Assembly: GCA_963773695.1 (NCBI GenBank) | Contig: CAVZCE010000007.1 | Location: 71,325 to 135,324 of the forward strand | Length of the DNA: 64,000 nucleotides | Direction of reading: 5' to 3' | Origin: an uncultured Chloroflexia bacterium | GTDB lineage: Bacteria; Chloroflexota; Limnocylindria; QHBO01 | Part shown: piece after piece, positions 1-13,232 of the stretch | Layout of the letters: each line of letters begins with the position of its first letter | Position numbering within the stretch: position 1 is the stretch's first letter | Notes under the pieces: generated by a model | The model's database searches: none | Told to the model about the DNA's origin: nothing | The model's input: only the letters and a program-made list of their open reading frames with translations | Position numbers and translations under genes: made by a program

Positions 1-282
1 CAGGCGCCGCCCACCAGCGGTGCCAGGTCCGCCGCGGCACGCTCGGCGTCCACCGTCGCCAGGACGAGGCCGCGGGGCGACTCGCTCCAGTCGTCCATCG
101 GGCGCGGCAGGAGGCCCCGGCTCACGCCCTCCGGGAGCTCGTCGGGGACCGGCGCGCCACGCAGGCCCCACCACAGGATTCGCGGCTCGGGGCCGGGCTC
201 GGCGTAGAGCCACTGCGGGAAAAGCTGGGCGCCGCCCTCGCGGAGGATCCGGTTCAGGATCCGCTGCTCGGGGACCGCCATT
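1..282 (-). CDS. hypothetical protein, N-terminal part only (gene starts near 282 and runs off the window start)
   Basis: Open minus-strand frame beginning with ATG at 280-282 (MAVPEQRILNRIL...); no recognisable domain; codon usage consistent with a GC-rich coding region. Confidence 0.3.
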
Positions 283-341
283 CGGACGTGACTGATCTCA
301 GGCATGAGCTCACAGAGGATAGCGGCCCGAGCCCGGGCAGG

Positions 342-1151
342 TCAGAGGCGGGTGAGGATCTCGCGCCGCTTGGCACGGTATTCCCGCTCCGTCACCAGGC
401 CGTCCTCGAGGAGCGCTGCCAGCTGGGCGAGGGCACCATGGATCTCGCCACGGACGGGCGGCGGATCTGCGTCGAGATCCGCCGACGCCGGTGCCGCCTC
501 GGCGACGGCCTTCGTGCCGCTGTCCGCGTCGGTCCCCACGTGGCCCGGGAAACCGAGGTCTCCGGCCGTCGCGCGCACCGGTTCGCCGTCCTCGGAGTAG
601 AGCCGGGTGACACGGCGGGAGTTGACGACGAGGACCGGCAGACGCCGATGGAAGGCGGGCGCCGCGTGGTGGACGAGCTCGACCTCGGTGACCGGCACGA
701 AGAGCCGGCTGGAGCGCAGAAGGTAGTCCCCCACCTCGGCGCCCGGCCGAACGTGGATCCGTCCGCGGACCTCGTAGGGCCCGATCTCGAAATGGATGCC
801 GCAGATCCGCCGGTGCAGCCTCAGGTGCCGGCCGACCGGCAGCTCGGGCGGGACCGCGAAGAGGATCTCGTCTGCCTGCAGGCGGACGCGGGCGGGGTCG
901 CGGGAAGGCTCGGCGAGGCTGCCGGCCGTCTCGGAGGTCACCTCCTCGACGGGGGCGATCAGCTCGATCTCAGCCCCGCGATTCATCCAGTCGCTCGTCC
1001 GCTCCCCCTCCGGAGCGATCCAGCCGCGCGTACGAGAGGTGGCGGTCGTGACCTCGAGCTCGGCGAGCACCGGCCAGACCGGGGTGTCCGCCTCCTGGAC
1101 GAGAGGAGGAGCCTCCTCCTCAGCGTGCCGTCGCCATGCCAGCGTGGTCAT
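342..1151 (-). CDS. SHOCT-domain protein (uncharacterised N-terminal region plus C-terminal SHOCT motif)
   Basis: 269-aa ORF; C-terminus LAQLAALLEDGLVTEREYRAKRREIL matches the SHOCT short C-terminal domain pattern; the six-frame ORF 288..1199 on the opposite strand looks like an antisense artefact. Confidence 0.5.
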   Translation of the reverse strand: MTTLAWRRHAEEEAPPLVQEADTPVWPVLAELEVTTATSRTRGWIAPEGERTSDWMNRGAEIELIAPVEEVTSETAGSLAEPSRDPARVRLQADEILFAVPPELPVGRHLRLHRRICGIHFEIGPYEVRGRIHVRPGAEVGDYLLRSSRLFVPVTEVELVHHAAPAFHRRLPVLVVNSRRVTRLYSEDGEPVRATAGDLGFPGHVGTDADSGTKAVAEAAPASADLDADPPPVRGEIHGALAQLAALLEDGLVTEREYRAKRREILTRL

Positions 1152-1414
1152 CCGGGTCGAATCCCCTCAGAAGGGCCAGGCTGGATTCTCCGAGCCTGAC
1201 GTTCGCCCGCCAGTCTCGGATTCCGCGAACGGGCCGCCAACGGTACCAATGGCGGGTGGGCCTCAGGACCTCTCCGGAGAGGCCCCGGCCGGGAGGAGCT
1301 GCTCCACCGCTCCTCCCGGTGCCGAAGAGTCCCGCCGAATCCGGACCCTTCGCCTCACTGTCAAGGCCCATCCGGCCCTGCCCAGGGCGCCGGGACCCGG
1401 CGTACACAGGAGTC

Positions 1415-2032
1415 ATGAACGTTCTCTCCGAGCCCGCGACACGTTCGGCGCACCCCACGACCGTGGACGCGGCCATCGGCCCGGAACCGCTGGCGACTCG
1501 ACGTACCGTCGAGCGTGCCCTGCTCCGGGAGGTCCTGATGGGGGCGCAGGACAATCTCACCAACGTGCTCGCCGTCGTCCTGGGCGTCGCCGTGGGCGCC
1601 GGGCGCGCGGACATGGTGGCCCTGGCCGGCCTGGCGGCCGGGATCGCGGAGGCGATCTCGATGGGCGGGGTCCTCTACACGGGGACCCAGGCGGACCGGG
1701 ACCTCGACGAGCAGGCGGCCCGCGAGGCCGTCGGCAACGTCCCCGGACCCGTCGCACGACAGCGGCTCACGCCGCTCCAGGCGGGGGCGGTCACCTTCGC
1801 CGCCGGCATGGTGGCGGGCCTCGTCCCGCTCGTCCCCTTCATGGTGCTCCCGCTGCTGCCCGCCATCGGGGTCTGCGTCGGCATCTCGATCCTCGCCCTC
1901 TTCGGGCTCGGGACATGGACGGCGTCGGTCACCGGTCGCTCGCGGGTCCGCGACGGGATCCGGCTGGTCCTGATCGCGGGCAGCGCAGCCATCGCCGCCG
2001 CAATCGTCGGGGCGATCCTGCGCGTCAACTGA
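1415..2032 (+). CDS. VIT1/CCC1-family (DUF125) membrane iron/manganese transporter-like protein
   Basis: ATG at 1415 preceded by an aggag-like RBS; 205 aa with a cytoplasmic N-terminus and multiple TM helices (GVAVGAGRADMVALAGLAAGIAEAISMGG...) typical of the VIT family. Confidence 0.6.
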   Translation: MNVLSEPATRSAHPTTVDAAIGPEPLATRRTVERALLREVLMGAQDNLTNVLAVVLGVAVGAGRADMVALAGLAAGIAEAISMGGVLYTGTQADRDLDEQAAREAVGNVPGPVARQRLTPLQAGAVTFAAGMVAGLVPLVPFMVLPLLPAIGVCVGISILALFGLGTWTASVTGRSRVRDGIRLVLIAGSAAIAAAIVGAILRVN

Positions 2033-2035
2033 CCG

Positions 2036-2482
2036 TCAGCGCTCCGGGGCCCCGTTTCCACCGCCGCCCGCCAGGGCGCTGCGAAGCCGTGCAGCCGTCG
2101 CTGCCGCCTCCCGGTCCGGTGGACGATCCGGCACGAGGGGTGGCCGGAAGCGGTCGCCGCGCCAGCGCGGAACGACGTGCACGTGGACGTGGAAGACCGT
2201 CTGTCCCGCCTCCGCGCCGGTGCTGTGAAAGAGGTTGATCCCGTCGGGTTGGAAGGCCCGATTGACTGCACCGGCCATGAGCACGGTCGTGCGCATCAGG
2301 GGTCCGGCGAGATCCTCCGGGAGGTCCCACAGGTAGGCAACGTGGTGCCGCGGGATCACCAGGACGTGGCCGCGGGTGAGCGGCGCGATGTCCAGGAAGG
2401 CCATGGTCTCCGCGTCGCGGTGGATCACCTCCGCAGGCTCCTCGCCGCGGACGATGGAGCAGAAGACGCAGCCGTCAGCCAC
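2036..2482 (-). CDS. HIT-family (histidine triad) nucleotide hydrolase
   Basis: 148 aa; HVHVHVVPR histidine-triad motif and a conserved N-terminal CVFC motif. Confidence 0.8.
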   Translation of the reverse strand: MADGCVFCSIVRGEEPAEVIHRDAETMAFLDIAPLTRGHVLVIPRHHVAYLWDLPEDLAGPLMRTTVLMAGAVNRAFQPDGINLFHSTGAEAGQTVFHVHVHVVPRWRGDRFRPPLVPDRPPDREAAATAARLRSALAGGGGNGAPER

Positions 2483-2487
2483 GCCGT

Positions 2488-4050
2488 TCAGCCGTGGAGG
2501 GCACGTCCCGCACCTTCGTCACCGGCGGGTGCGGCCGAGGCAGTGGGGGGCCGCAGCCGGTCGAAGCCCGCGGCGCGTTCGTAGGCGGCCGCGATCCGCA
2601 GGACCATCGGCTCGTCGAATGCCGGGCCGATGACCTGGAGCCCGACCGGCAGACCGTCCGAGAGGCCGCACGGGACGCTGATCCCGGGCAGGCCGGCAAT
2701 GTTCACCGGGAGCGTGCAGGCGTCGTTGAGGTACATGAGGAGCGGGTCGTCGACCTTGGCGCCGATCCTGAACGCCACGCTGGGGGAGGTGGGGGCCAGG
2801 AGCGCGTCGACATCGGTCAGGACCCGGTCGAACTCCGCCTTGATGAGCGTGCGCACCTGCTGGGCCTTCACGTAGTACGCGTCGTAGTAGCCGGCCGAGA
2901 GCGCGTAGGTGCCGAGCATGATCCGGCGCTTCACCTCCGGGCCAAAGCCGGCGCCCCGGGTGCGCAGGTAGTTCTCCAGCAGGTCGTCGTCGCCGGCGGA
3001 GCGGCCGTACTTCACGCCGTCGTAGCGGGCCAGGTTCGCACTGGCCTCGGCCGGGCCGATGATGTAGTAGGTCGCCAGCCCCAGGTCGGTGGACGGCAGC
3101 GAGACCTCCACGATCTCCGCGCCGAGCTCGGCGAGGGTGCCGATGGCGGCGCGCACCGCCGACTCCACGCCGGGCTCCATCCCGGCCACGAAGTACTCGC
3201 GCGGCACGCCCAGGCGCAGCCCCCGGACCCCGCCCGCCAGGTTCGCCAGGTAGTCCGGAACCGGCACGTCCACGCTCGTGGAGTCGCGCGGATCGTGGCC
3301 GGCCACCGCGCCCAGGACGAGCGCCGTGTCGGGCACGGAGCGGGTGAGCGGGCCGCACTGGTCCAGGCTGCTGGCGAAGGCCACCATCCCGAAGCGGCTC
3401 ACCCGCCCGTAGGTGGGCTTCATGCCCACGATCCCGGACAGCGACGCAGGCTGCCGAATGCTGCCGCCTGTGTCTGTCCCGAGGGCGAAGAACGCCTGAC
3501 CGCCGGCCACTCCCGCCGAGGAGCCACCGGACGAGCCGCCCGGCACCGTCCGCTCGTCCCAGGGGTTGCGCACCGGCCCGTAGGCGGAGTTCTCGTTCGA
3601 CGAGCCCATCGCGAACTCGTCGCAGTTCGTCTTGCCCAGGAGGATGGCGCCGGCAGCGCCCAGCCGCTCCTCAGCGGACCCGGCGTACGGAGACCGGTAG
3701 CCCTCCAGGATGCGGGAGCCCGCGGTGGTCGGCAGGCCTCCGGCAATGGGCCGGCCGTCATCGTCGAGGGCGCGGGTGACGAAGACGTCCTTCAGGGCGT
3801 AGGGGATGCCAAGCAGCGGGCGATGGTCGCCATCGGCCCGGGCGCGATCCGCGGCCTCCGCATCGGCGAGCGCCTGATCGGGTCGCGTCGACAGGAAGGT
3901 GTTCAGTCGATCGCCGTCGCGCTCGATGCGAGCCAGGCAGGCGCGGACGAGGTCGACGGAGCTCACCTCGCCGGCGGTCAGGAGGGCAGCGACCTCCTCG
4001 ATGGTCCGGTCGGCGAGGGGCATCGTCTCCGGCGGCCCGGCGGCGCCCAT
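2488..4050 (-). CDS. gatA: Glu-tRNA(Gln)/Asp-tRNA(Asn) amidotransferase subunit A (amidase family)
   Basis: 521 aa with the amidase signature GGSSGGSSAGVAGG and KTNCDEFAMGSS; its start ATG overlaps the gatC stop (ATGA at 4048-4052); the 890-aa track ORF is this gene plus an antisense extension. Confidence 0.9.
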   Translation of the reverse strand: MGAAGPPETMPLADRTIEEVAALLTAGEVSSVDLVRACLARIERDGDRLNTFLSTRPDQALADAEAADRARADGDHRPLLGIPYALKDVFVTRALDDDGRPIAGGLPTTAGSRILEGYRSPYAGSAEERLGAAGAILLGKTNCDEFAMGSSNENSAYGPVRNPWDERTVPGGSSGGSSAGVAGGQAFFALGTDTGGSIRQPASLSGIVGMKPTYGRVSRFGMVAFASSLDQCGPLTRSVPDTALVLGAVAGHDPRDSTSVDVPVPDYLANLAGGVRGLRLGVPREYFVAGMEPGVESAVRAAIGTLAELGAEIVEVSLPSTDLGLATYYIIGPAEASANLARYDGVKYGRSAGDDDLLENYLRTRGAGFGPEVKRRIMLGTYALSAGYYDAYYVKAQQVRTLIKAEFDRVLTDVDALLAPTSPSVAFRIGAKVDDPLLMYLNDACTLPVNIAGLPGISVPCGLSDGLPVGLQVIGPAFDEPMVLRIAAAYERAAGFDRLRPPTASAAPAGDEGAGRALHG

Positions 4051-4343
4051 CAGCGGCCCTCCTCCAGGACCACCGGCACGCGAACGTGATCGCCGTCCCG
4101 GAGCGGCGCATTGGCCAGGGCCGCCTCGCGATCGAGCCCCGGACGGGCGACGTCGTCGCGCATGACGTTCTCGAGCGGGATGACCTGGGCGGTCGGTCCG
4201 ACCATGGAGGTGTCGGCGCCGGCCAGGACGTTGATCGCCTCGAGGATGGAGTTGAGCTGGGTCACCATCCGCTCGATCTCGTCCGGGCTGAGACCCAGGC
4301 GGGCGAGGACGGCGACGTGCTCGACATCGGCCCGGCTGATCAT
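4050..4343 (-). CDS. gatC: Glu/Asp-tRNA amidotransferase subunit C
   Basis: 97 aa (MISRADVEHVAVLARLGLSPDEIERMVTQLNSILE...), typical GatC; translationally coupled to gatA. Confidence 0.85.
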   Translation of the reverse strand: MISRADVEHVAVLARLGLSPDEIERMVTQLNSILEAINVLAGADTSMVGPTAQVIPLENVMRDDVARPGLDREAALANAPLRDGDHVRVPVVLEEGR

Positions 4344-4378
4344 GCGCCGATGCTAGCAGGCTACGATTCGGGGCACCG

Positions 4379-5219
4379 ATGTCCGAGCTGCAGCCCTCCC
4401 CCCGCGTGCGCTCCCTCCCGATCGAAGGCGGCCGCCTGGAGCTGCTCGAGCTGCCCGGCGGACCCGGCACTCCCCTGGTCGTGCTGGGTGGCGTGGAGAT
4501 GGGCCTGCGACCGCTTGCCGGGACGGAGCACGTCATGCTCCGTCGATGGGCGAAGCGAGCCCAGCGGAGGCCGGTGACGGTGCTGGGCCGTCCGCTCCCG
4601 GACGACCCGACGGACGCTCCGCTCCTGCTCCATCCCCGGGTCATCGCCGACGCGGTGGCCGGTGTGCTCGCCTCCCTCCCCCATCCGGCCGCGATCGAGG
4701 CCGAGTCGGGTGGCGGCCGGATCTCGCTGTGGCTGGCCGTGGACCATCCCGAGCTCGTCTCCCGCCTCGTCCTCTCGTCGGTCGCCTCGGAGACGCCGCC
4801 GCGGACGCCCATGGCGGAGCGCCTGGGGCGCTGGGTGATCCTGGCCGAGGCGCACGACTGGGGCAGGCTCTTCTCCGGCTTCGCGCAGCAGATGCGCCCC
4901 GCTGCTGCCGCCGGCGAGGGGTCGTTCGACACCGCGGCACGGCTCCAGCCCCATCCCTCGACCCCGGCGCGCTTCATCGGGGAGCTGCGAGCCACGCTGG
5001 ATCCCTCCTCGTTCGTCACGCATCGCCTCGACGAGATCACGATCCCGACGCTCGTCCTCGCCGGGGAGCGGGACCAGGTCGTCCCCGTCGAGCGCACCCG
5101 GCAGGTCGCCGAGGGAATCCGCGGCGCTCGCTTCCAGGCGGACCCCGAGAGCGGGCACACGGTGCGGTCGTCCTTCCGCGGGTACGACGAGCTTGTGGAG
5201 GCGTTCCTGGCGCAGGGAG

Positions 5220-5239
<20 letters not shown>
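4379..5239 (+). CDS. alpha/beta-hydrolase fold protein
   Basis: 286-aa ORF divergent from gatC; alpha/beta hydrolase-like pattern; specific family not recognised. Confidence 0.6.
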
Positions 5240-8632
<3,393 letters not shown>

Positions 8633-8661
8633 CTACGGACGGACGCCACCCCGGTCCCGGG

Positions 8662-9153
8662 CTACTCCTCGTCGGGTTCCGCCTCCCCGGTGAACCAGGC
8701 GCGCAGGTGCGCGGTGTGCTCGGCATAGTGGTCGGGGCCGTCGTAGCGGATCACCTGCTCCACCGTGTGGCCGTTGCCGAGCGCCAGGTCGAGCAGCCCG
8801 GGGTCGAGCGCGGAGAGCGCGGTGCGGAAGCGATCGGCGGCCCCGGACTCACGGTCGGCGGCATCCGCCAGCGTCAGGGAGGCGCCCTCGCGAAGGACCT
8901 CGGCGTTCATGGCATCGGTCCGGCTGGTGTCGTAGTCGTACTCGGAACCGCGCCCCGCGGCGGCCAGGGCCAGGGCGGCGGCGCCGTGGTCGGACCAGAA
9001 GGCCACGTGCGCCACGAGGTCGCGGGCGCTCCATGCGTCGAGGAGTCCGGGGGTCGTGGCGAGATCCGGATCGACGTCGGCGAGGGCCGCCCTGAACGCA
9101 CCGCGGGCACGCTCCAGCTCCGCCAGGAGCGCTGCTCGCCGCTCGAGGTTCAT
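8662..9153 (-). CDS. DinB/YfiT-like four-helix-bundle protein (mycothiol maleylpyruvate isomerase N-terminal-domain-like)
   Basis: 164 aa; WSARDLVAHVAFW motif; ATGA overlap with the upstream paralog. Confidence 0.55.
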   Translation of the reverse strand: MNLERRAALLAELERARGAFRAALADVDPDLATTPGLLDAWSARDLVAHVAFWSDHGAAALALAAAGRGSEYDYDTSRTDAMNAEVLREGASLTLADAADRESGAADRFRTALSALDPGLLDLALGNGHTVEQVIRYDGPDHYAEHTAHLRAWFTGEAEPDEE

Positions 9154-9629
9154 CTCGTGCGGTCCTTCAGCGCGCGGAGCTCGGCGGCGTGGCCGCGGTA
9201 GTGATCGGCGCCGTCGTCGCGGATCACCTGCTCGACGGTGTCGCCGTACCCGACCGGCTCCTCGAGCCATGCGGGGTCCATGCTGCGCACCCGCGCCACG
9301 AGCGCCCCGAAGGCCGCCTCCTCCCGGGCGCTGGCGGTGGCGAGGTCCGATTCCCGCGCGACGCGGGCCACCACGGCGTTGCGCTCCTCCACGTCCAGGC
9401 CCGCCTCCCCGAACTCGTCGGCCCGGCCCTGTGCGGCAAGATGGAGCGCCTCCGCGGCATGTCCGGCCCAGTAGGCCAGGTGGGCGATGAGCTCGCGCAC
9501 GCCCCACTCTCCCACGAGGGACCGGGTGTTGAGCTGCGCCACGTCCAGGGTCGCGAACTCGGCGCGGAACTCGTCGCGGGCGGCGACGAGGTCAGCCGCC
9601 AAAGCCTCCGGGATCCCGGGCTCCGCCAT
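9150..9629 (-). CDS. DinB/YfiT-like four-helix-bundle protein, tandem paralog
   Basis: 160 aa; WGVRELIAHLAYW motif; about 35-40% identical to the downstream copy by eye. Confidence 0.55.
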   Translation of the reverse strand: MAEPGIPEALAADLVAARDEFRAEFATLDVAQLNTRSLVGEWGVRELIAHLAYWAGHAAEALHLAAQGRADEFGEAGLDVEERNAVVARVARESDLATASAREEAAFGALVARVRSMDPAWLEEPVGYGDTVEQVIRDDGADHYRGHAAELRALKDRTR

Positions 9630-9688
9630 GGCTTCCACCTCCTGCCGATCCGGGTGCCATCCAGTCGAGACCGATGCTCGCGAGGAGC

Positions 9689-12220
9689 CTACTCCCGCTC
9701 CAGGCCGGCGTAGGTCGCGATCAGCCGCTTGACCCCCTGTCCCACGAAGGCCACGGTCACCTCCTCGTCGCCCTTGACGAGCTGGGAGGAGACGACGATC
9801 CCCTCCCCGAATCGCCGATGCCGCACGCGGTCGCCGGCGCGCCACGCGAGCGCTCCCTCCGCGGCAGCGCCTGCGCCGGCGGGCTGCGGCGCGGCACCGC
9901 CGAAGGCGCCGCTCCCCAGGTCGACCTCCGATCCGGCATAGCCGGTCGCTCCCGCCACGCGCTCGCGCGCGTCATCCAGGGCGCGACCGGCGCGGCCCGC
10001 GCGGGACGCCGGCGGGCCGGACAGGTCGGGCAGGCTCACCGGCCGCAACGGCTCGTTGCGCGGCGAGCGATGGGGAGCGCGGTAGCCGCCGGGCAGCCAG
10101 TCGCCGTCGTCGTCGACCCCCCGCCGCTCCCCCCAGCCGCGCCGGAAGGGCGCCGAGGCGCGCTCCGCGGAGAGCAGCTCCTCCGGCAGCTCCGACAGGA
10201 ACCGCGACGGCTCGGTCATGGCACCCACGCCCCACGTGGATCGGTGATGGGCGTGGACGAGGTAGAGCCGATCCTTGGCCCGCGTCATCCCCACGTACGC
10301 GAGCCGGCGCTCCTCCTCCAGCTCCCGCTCGTCCTCCAGGGCACGGCGGTGGGGCAGGAGCCCTTCCTCGAGCCCCACGATGAAGACCACCGGGAACTCC
10401 AGGCCCTTGGCCGCGTGGAGCGTGATCAGGGTGACCCGGTCCGGGCGGTCCTCGAGGGTGTCCTGGTCGCTGACCAGCGCCACCTCCTCGAGGAACCGCG
10501 CCAGCCCTTCGGGCGGTGCGATCTCGTCGAACTCGGCGGCGTGGTTGCGCAGCTCCATGACGTTCGCCCAGCGGTCCGTCCCCTCGTCGGTCCCGTCGTT
10601 CACGGACTCCGCCAGCCCCGAACGCTCCAGGGCCGCGTCGAACACCGCCGACGGCGCCTCGGCGCGGGCCATCTCCATGAGCGGCCGCATGATCGCGGCA
10701 AACACCGCCAGCGAGGCACGGGCCCGCAGAGCCAGGTTCGGGTTGTCCCCGGATGCCTCGACCGCCTCCCAGAGCGTGGTGGCGTGCGACTCCGCCCACG
10801 CCCGCAGCTCCTGGAGCGTCCGCTCCCCGATCCCGCGCGCCGGGACGTTGATGACCCGCTCCAGCGCCACGCGGTCCGCGGGATTGCGCGCCAGCCGGAC
10901 GTAGCCCAGGGCGTCCTTCACCTCGCGCCGCTCGTAGAAGCGGGTGCCGCCCACGAGCTGGTACGGGATCCCGAAGCGCATGAACGCCTCCTCCAGGACC
11001 CGGCTCTGGGCGTTGATGCGGTAGGTCACGGCGACCTCGCCATAGCGGAGGGCGCCGTCCTCGTCATCGGCCCGGCTGGTGAGCAGACGGCTCATGGAGC
11101 CCGACGCCGCCCCGCCCGTCAGCCGCTCCACCTGGCGGGCGACGAACTCCGCCTCCTCGTACTCGTTGTAGGCGTCGAAGACCGTGATGCTCGTCCCGGA
11201 TCCCCGGTCCGTCCAAAGCTTCTTGTCCTTGCGTCCCTCGTTGCGGCTCACGACGGCGTGCGCGGCATCCAGGATGGTCTGCGTGGAGCGGTAGTTCTGC
11301 TCGAGCTTCACCACGCGGGCGTCGGGATAGTCGGCCTCGAAATCGAGGATGTTGCGCAGGTCCGCTCCGCGCCACGAGTAGATGCTCTGGTCGTCGTCAC
11401 CCACCACGGCCAGGTTGTGGTGCTTTGCAGCGAGGTGGCGGCAGATGAGGTACTGGGCCCGGTTCGTGTCCTGGTATTCGTCCACCAGGATCTGCTGCCA
11501 TCGGTCCTGGTACTTCGCCAGCACATCGGGATGCTGCTCGAAGAGGAGGACGACCTTCATCAGCAGGTCGTCGAAGTCGACCGCGTCGTCCTCCGCAAGC
11601 TGGGCCTGGTAGGCCTCGTAGACCCGGGCGGCGGTCTCCTCGTAGAAGTTGGCCGCCTGCCTGCGCGCCGTGGCGACATCGGCGAGCTCGTCCTTGCGCT
11701 GGCCGATCCAGGCGAGCATGCCCGCAGGGCTGAAGCGCTTCTCGTCGAGGTCCAGGCGGCGCAGCACCTGCTTGACGAGGGCGACCTGGTCCGCCCGGTC
11801 GTAGATGGTGAAGCTGCGTGTCAGGCCGATGGCGTTGCCATCCCGTCGCAGGATGCGAGCGCAGATGGCGTGGAAGGTCCCGATGGTGGCCTCCCGTGCG
11901 GCCTCCTCTCCGATCAGGGCCGCGATCCGCTCCCGCATCTCGTTCGCCGCCTTGTTCGTGAAGGTGACGGCCACGAGCTGCCAGGGCTTGAAACCAGCGG
12001 CCACGAGATACGCGACCCGATGGGCCAGGACGCGCGTCTTGCCGCTTCCGGCCCCGGCCAGGATGAGGAGCGGACCCTTGATGTGCTCGACCGCCTCGCG
12101 CTGCGGCGGGTTCAGGCGGGCGAGGATCGCCTCCAGGCGGGCGGCGCGGGCGGCATCACGGCTCGCCGCAGCGGGCTGCGGGACGGCAGGGGAGGGGGTG
12201 GTCTGGCGCTTGGCAGGCAT
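9689..12220 (-). CDS. pcrA: ATP-dependent DNA helicase PcrA/UvrD (superfamily 1)
   Basis: 843 aa; Walker A AGAGSGKTRVLAHR, helicase motifs (TFTNKAANEM, VDEYQDTN, VGDDDQSIYSWRGA) and a C-terminal Tudor-like tail; lies upstream of ligA as in Firmicute pcrA-ligA operons. Confidence 0.85.
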   Translation of the reverse strand: MPAKRQTTPSPAVPQPAAASRDAARAARLEAILARLNPPQREAVEHIKGPLLILAGAGSGKTRVLAHRVAYLVAAGFKPWQLVAVTFTNKAANEMRERIAALIGEEAAREATIGTFHAICARILRRDGNAIGLTRSFTIYDRADQVALVKQVLRRLDLDEKRFSPAGMLAWIGQRKDELADVATARRQAANFYEETAARVYEAYQAQLAEDDAVDFDDLLMKVVLLFEQHPDVLAKYQDRWQQILVDEYQDTNRAQYLICRHLAAKHHNLAVVGDDDQSIYSWRGADLRNILDFEADYPDARVVKLEQNYRSTQTILDAAHAVVSRNEGRKDKKLWTDRGSGTSITVFDAYNEYEEAEFVARQVERLTGGAASGSMSRLLTSRADDEDGALRYGEVAVTYRINAQSRVLEEAFMRFGIPYQLVGGTRFYERREVKDALGYVRLARNPADRVALERVINVPARGIGERTLQELRAWAESHATTLWEAVEASGDNPNLALRARASLAVFAAIMRPLMEMARAEAPSAVFDAALERSGLAESVNDGTDEGTDRWANVMELRNHAAEFDEIAPPEGLARFLEEVALVSDQDTLEDRPDRVTLITLHAAKGLEFPVVFIVGLEEGLLPHRRALEDERELEEERRLAYVGMTRAKDRLYLVHAHHRSTWGVGAMTEPSRFLSELPEELLSAERASAPFRRGWGERRGVDDDGDWLPGGYRAPHRSPRNEPLRPVSLPDLSGPPASRAGRAGRALDDARERVAGATGYAGSEVDLGSGAFGGAAPQPAGAGAAAEGALAWRAGDRVRHRRFGEGIVVSSQLVKGDEEVTVAFVGQGVKRLIATYAGLERE

Positions 12221-12453
12221 CGGGGCACCGATTCTACCGGTCCCCGCCGTGGACGACCCGGTCGCGACCGGAGTGTCCGGAGTGCCACCCGGCACTTGGG
12301 GACCAGGCAGCCGACGGGGCCCCGGACCAGCCGGGCCCCGTTCCAGTCTGTCGCGGCCCGCCGGAGCGCCTGCGTCACGAGCGCCTGCCGCACACACGAG
12401 GCAGGTGGTCTCGACGCTCGGTGTCCGGGGGCTCGGGAGGGGCACGACGAGAC

Positions 12454-12480
12454 GGCGGGCGCGAGCGGACCGCGCCCGCC
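12454..12480 (-). terminator. GC-rich 10-bp stem hairpin immediately downstream of pspA (bidirectional terminator candidate)
   Basis: ggcgggcgcg-agcggac-cgcgcccgcc is a perfect inverted repeat 17 nt after the pspA stop; no U-tract, which is common in high-GC genomes. Confidence 0.4.
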
Positions 12481-12496
12481 GCCTGAAGGCCGCGCC

Positions 12497-13195
12497 TCAG
12501 GCGCCCTTCAGGCTCGCCAGGCGAGCCGAGACCTCCGTCTCGTCCTCGTCGTTCTGCAGGGAGGCGAACTCGTCCTCGAGCGACGAGGCGCTGACTTCCT
12601 CCATGCCGCGCGCCATGGCCTCCTCGCGCCGGATCCGGTCCTCGAAGCGGTTCAGCTCCGAGGTGGGATCCATGACCGAGACGTTGCGCACGGCATCCTG
12701 GACCTGGCGCTGCGCGGCCGCCATCTTTGCGCGGCTGACGAGCTCGTCGCGCTTCTGGACGAGCTCCTCGCGCTTGACGCGGAGCTTGTTCAGGCCGTCC
12801 TTGAGCTTGTCGGTCAGATCCGTCTGCTGGGTGATCTGCGTCTCGAAGGTCTGGATCTGCGCCTCGTAGCTCATCTGGCGGCGGATCGCGATCTTCGCCA
12901 GCTCATCGAAGCGATCGGCCTCCGCGCCGGTGCTCTCCTTGGCCTTGCGCGCCGCGGCGGCGGCCTTGTCGCCCCAGTCGGCGGCGGCCCGCTGTGCCTC
13001 CCGCTGGTCGTCCTCCATGAGGCGCAGGTTGCCGACCGTCTGGGCGACCGCGTCCTCGGCCTCCGCGATGTTGTTCGTGAAGTCCCGGACGAGCTGGTCG
13101 AGCATCTTCTCCGGGTCCTCCGCGCTGTCGAGCAGCGAGTTGACGTTGGCCCGGACGAGCTGGCCGATCCTGCCGAGGATCGTGGTCTGTGCCAT
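12497..13195 (-). CDS. pspA: PspA/IM30/Vipp1-family protein (phage-shock protein A-like)
   Basis: 232 aa; N-terminal LGRIGQLVRANVNSLLDSAEDPEKMLDQLVRD is the PspA signature; coiled-coil throughout. Confidence 0.85.
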   Translation of the reverse strand: MAQTTILGRIGQLVRANVNSLLDSAEDPEKMLDQLVRDFTNNIAEAEDAVAQTVGNLRLMEDDQREAQRAAADWGDKAAAAARKAKESTGAEADRFDELAKIAIRRQMSYEAQIQTFETQITQQTDLTDKLKDGLNKLRVKREELVQKRDELVSRAKMAAAQRQVQDAVRNVSVMDPTSELNRFEDRIRREEAMARGMEEVSASSLEDEFASLQNDEDETEVSARLASLKGA

Positions 13196-13232
13196 GGCTT
13201 GCGTAACCCTCCTTGGTATCTCGATCGATTCG

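Noticed and set aside
2488-5160. 890-aa minus-strand ORF suggesting a giant GatA fusion
   Set aside because: Only the C-terminal 521 aa are GatA. The N-terminal 370 aa are low-complexity Arg/Gly/Pro-rich antisense of the plus-strand alpha/beta hydrolase gene. gatC ends exactly at the internal ATG (ATGA overlap), which defines the true gatA start.
12221-12496. LexA/SOS box upstream of pcrA
   Set aside because: No GAAC-N4-GTTC or TCGAAC-N4-GTTCGA-like motif was visible by eye. Only the GC hairpin at 12454-12480 was retained, as a terminator.
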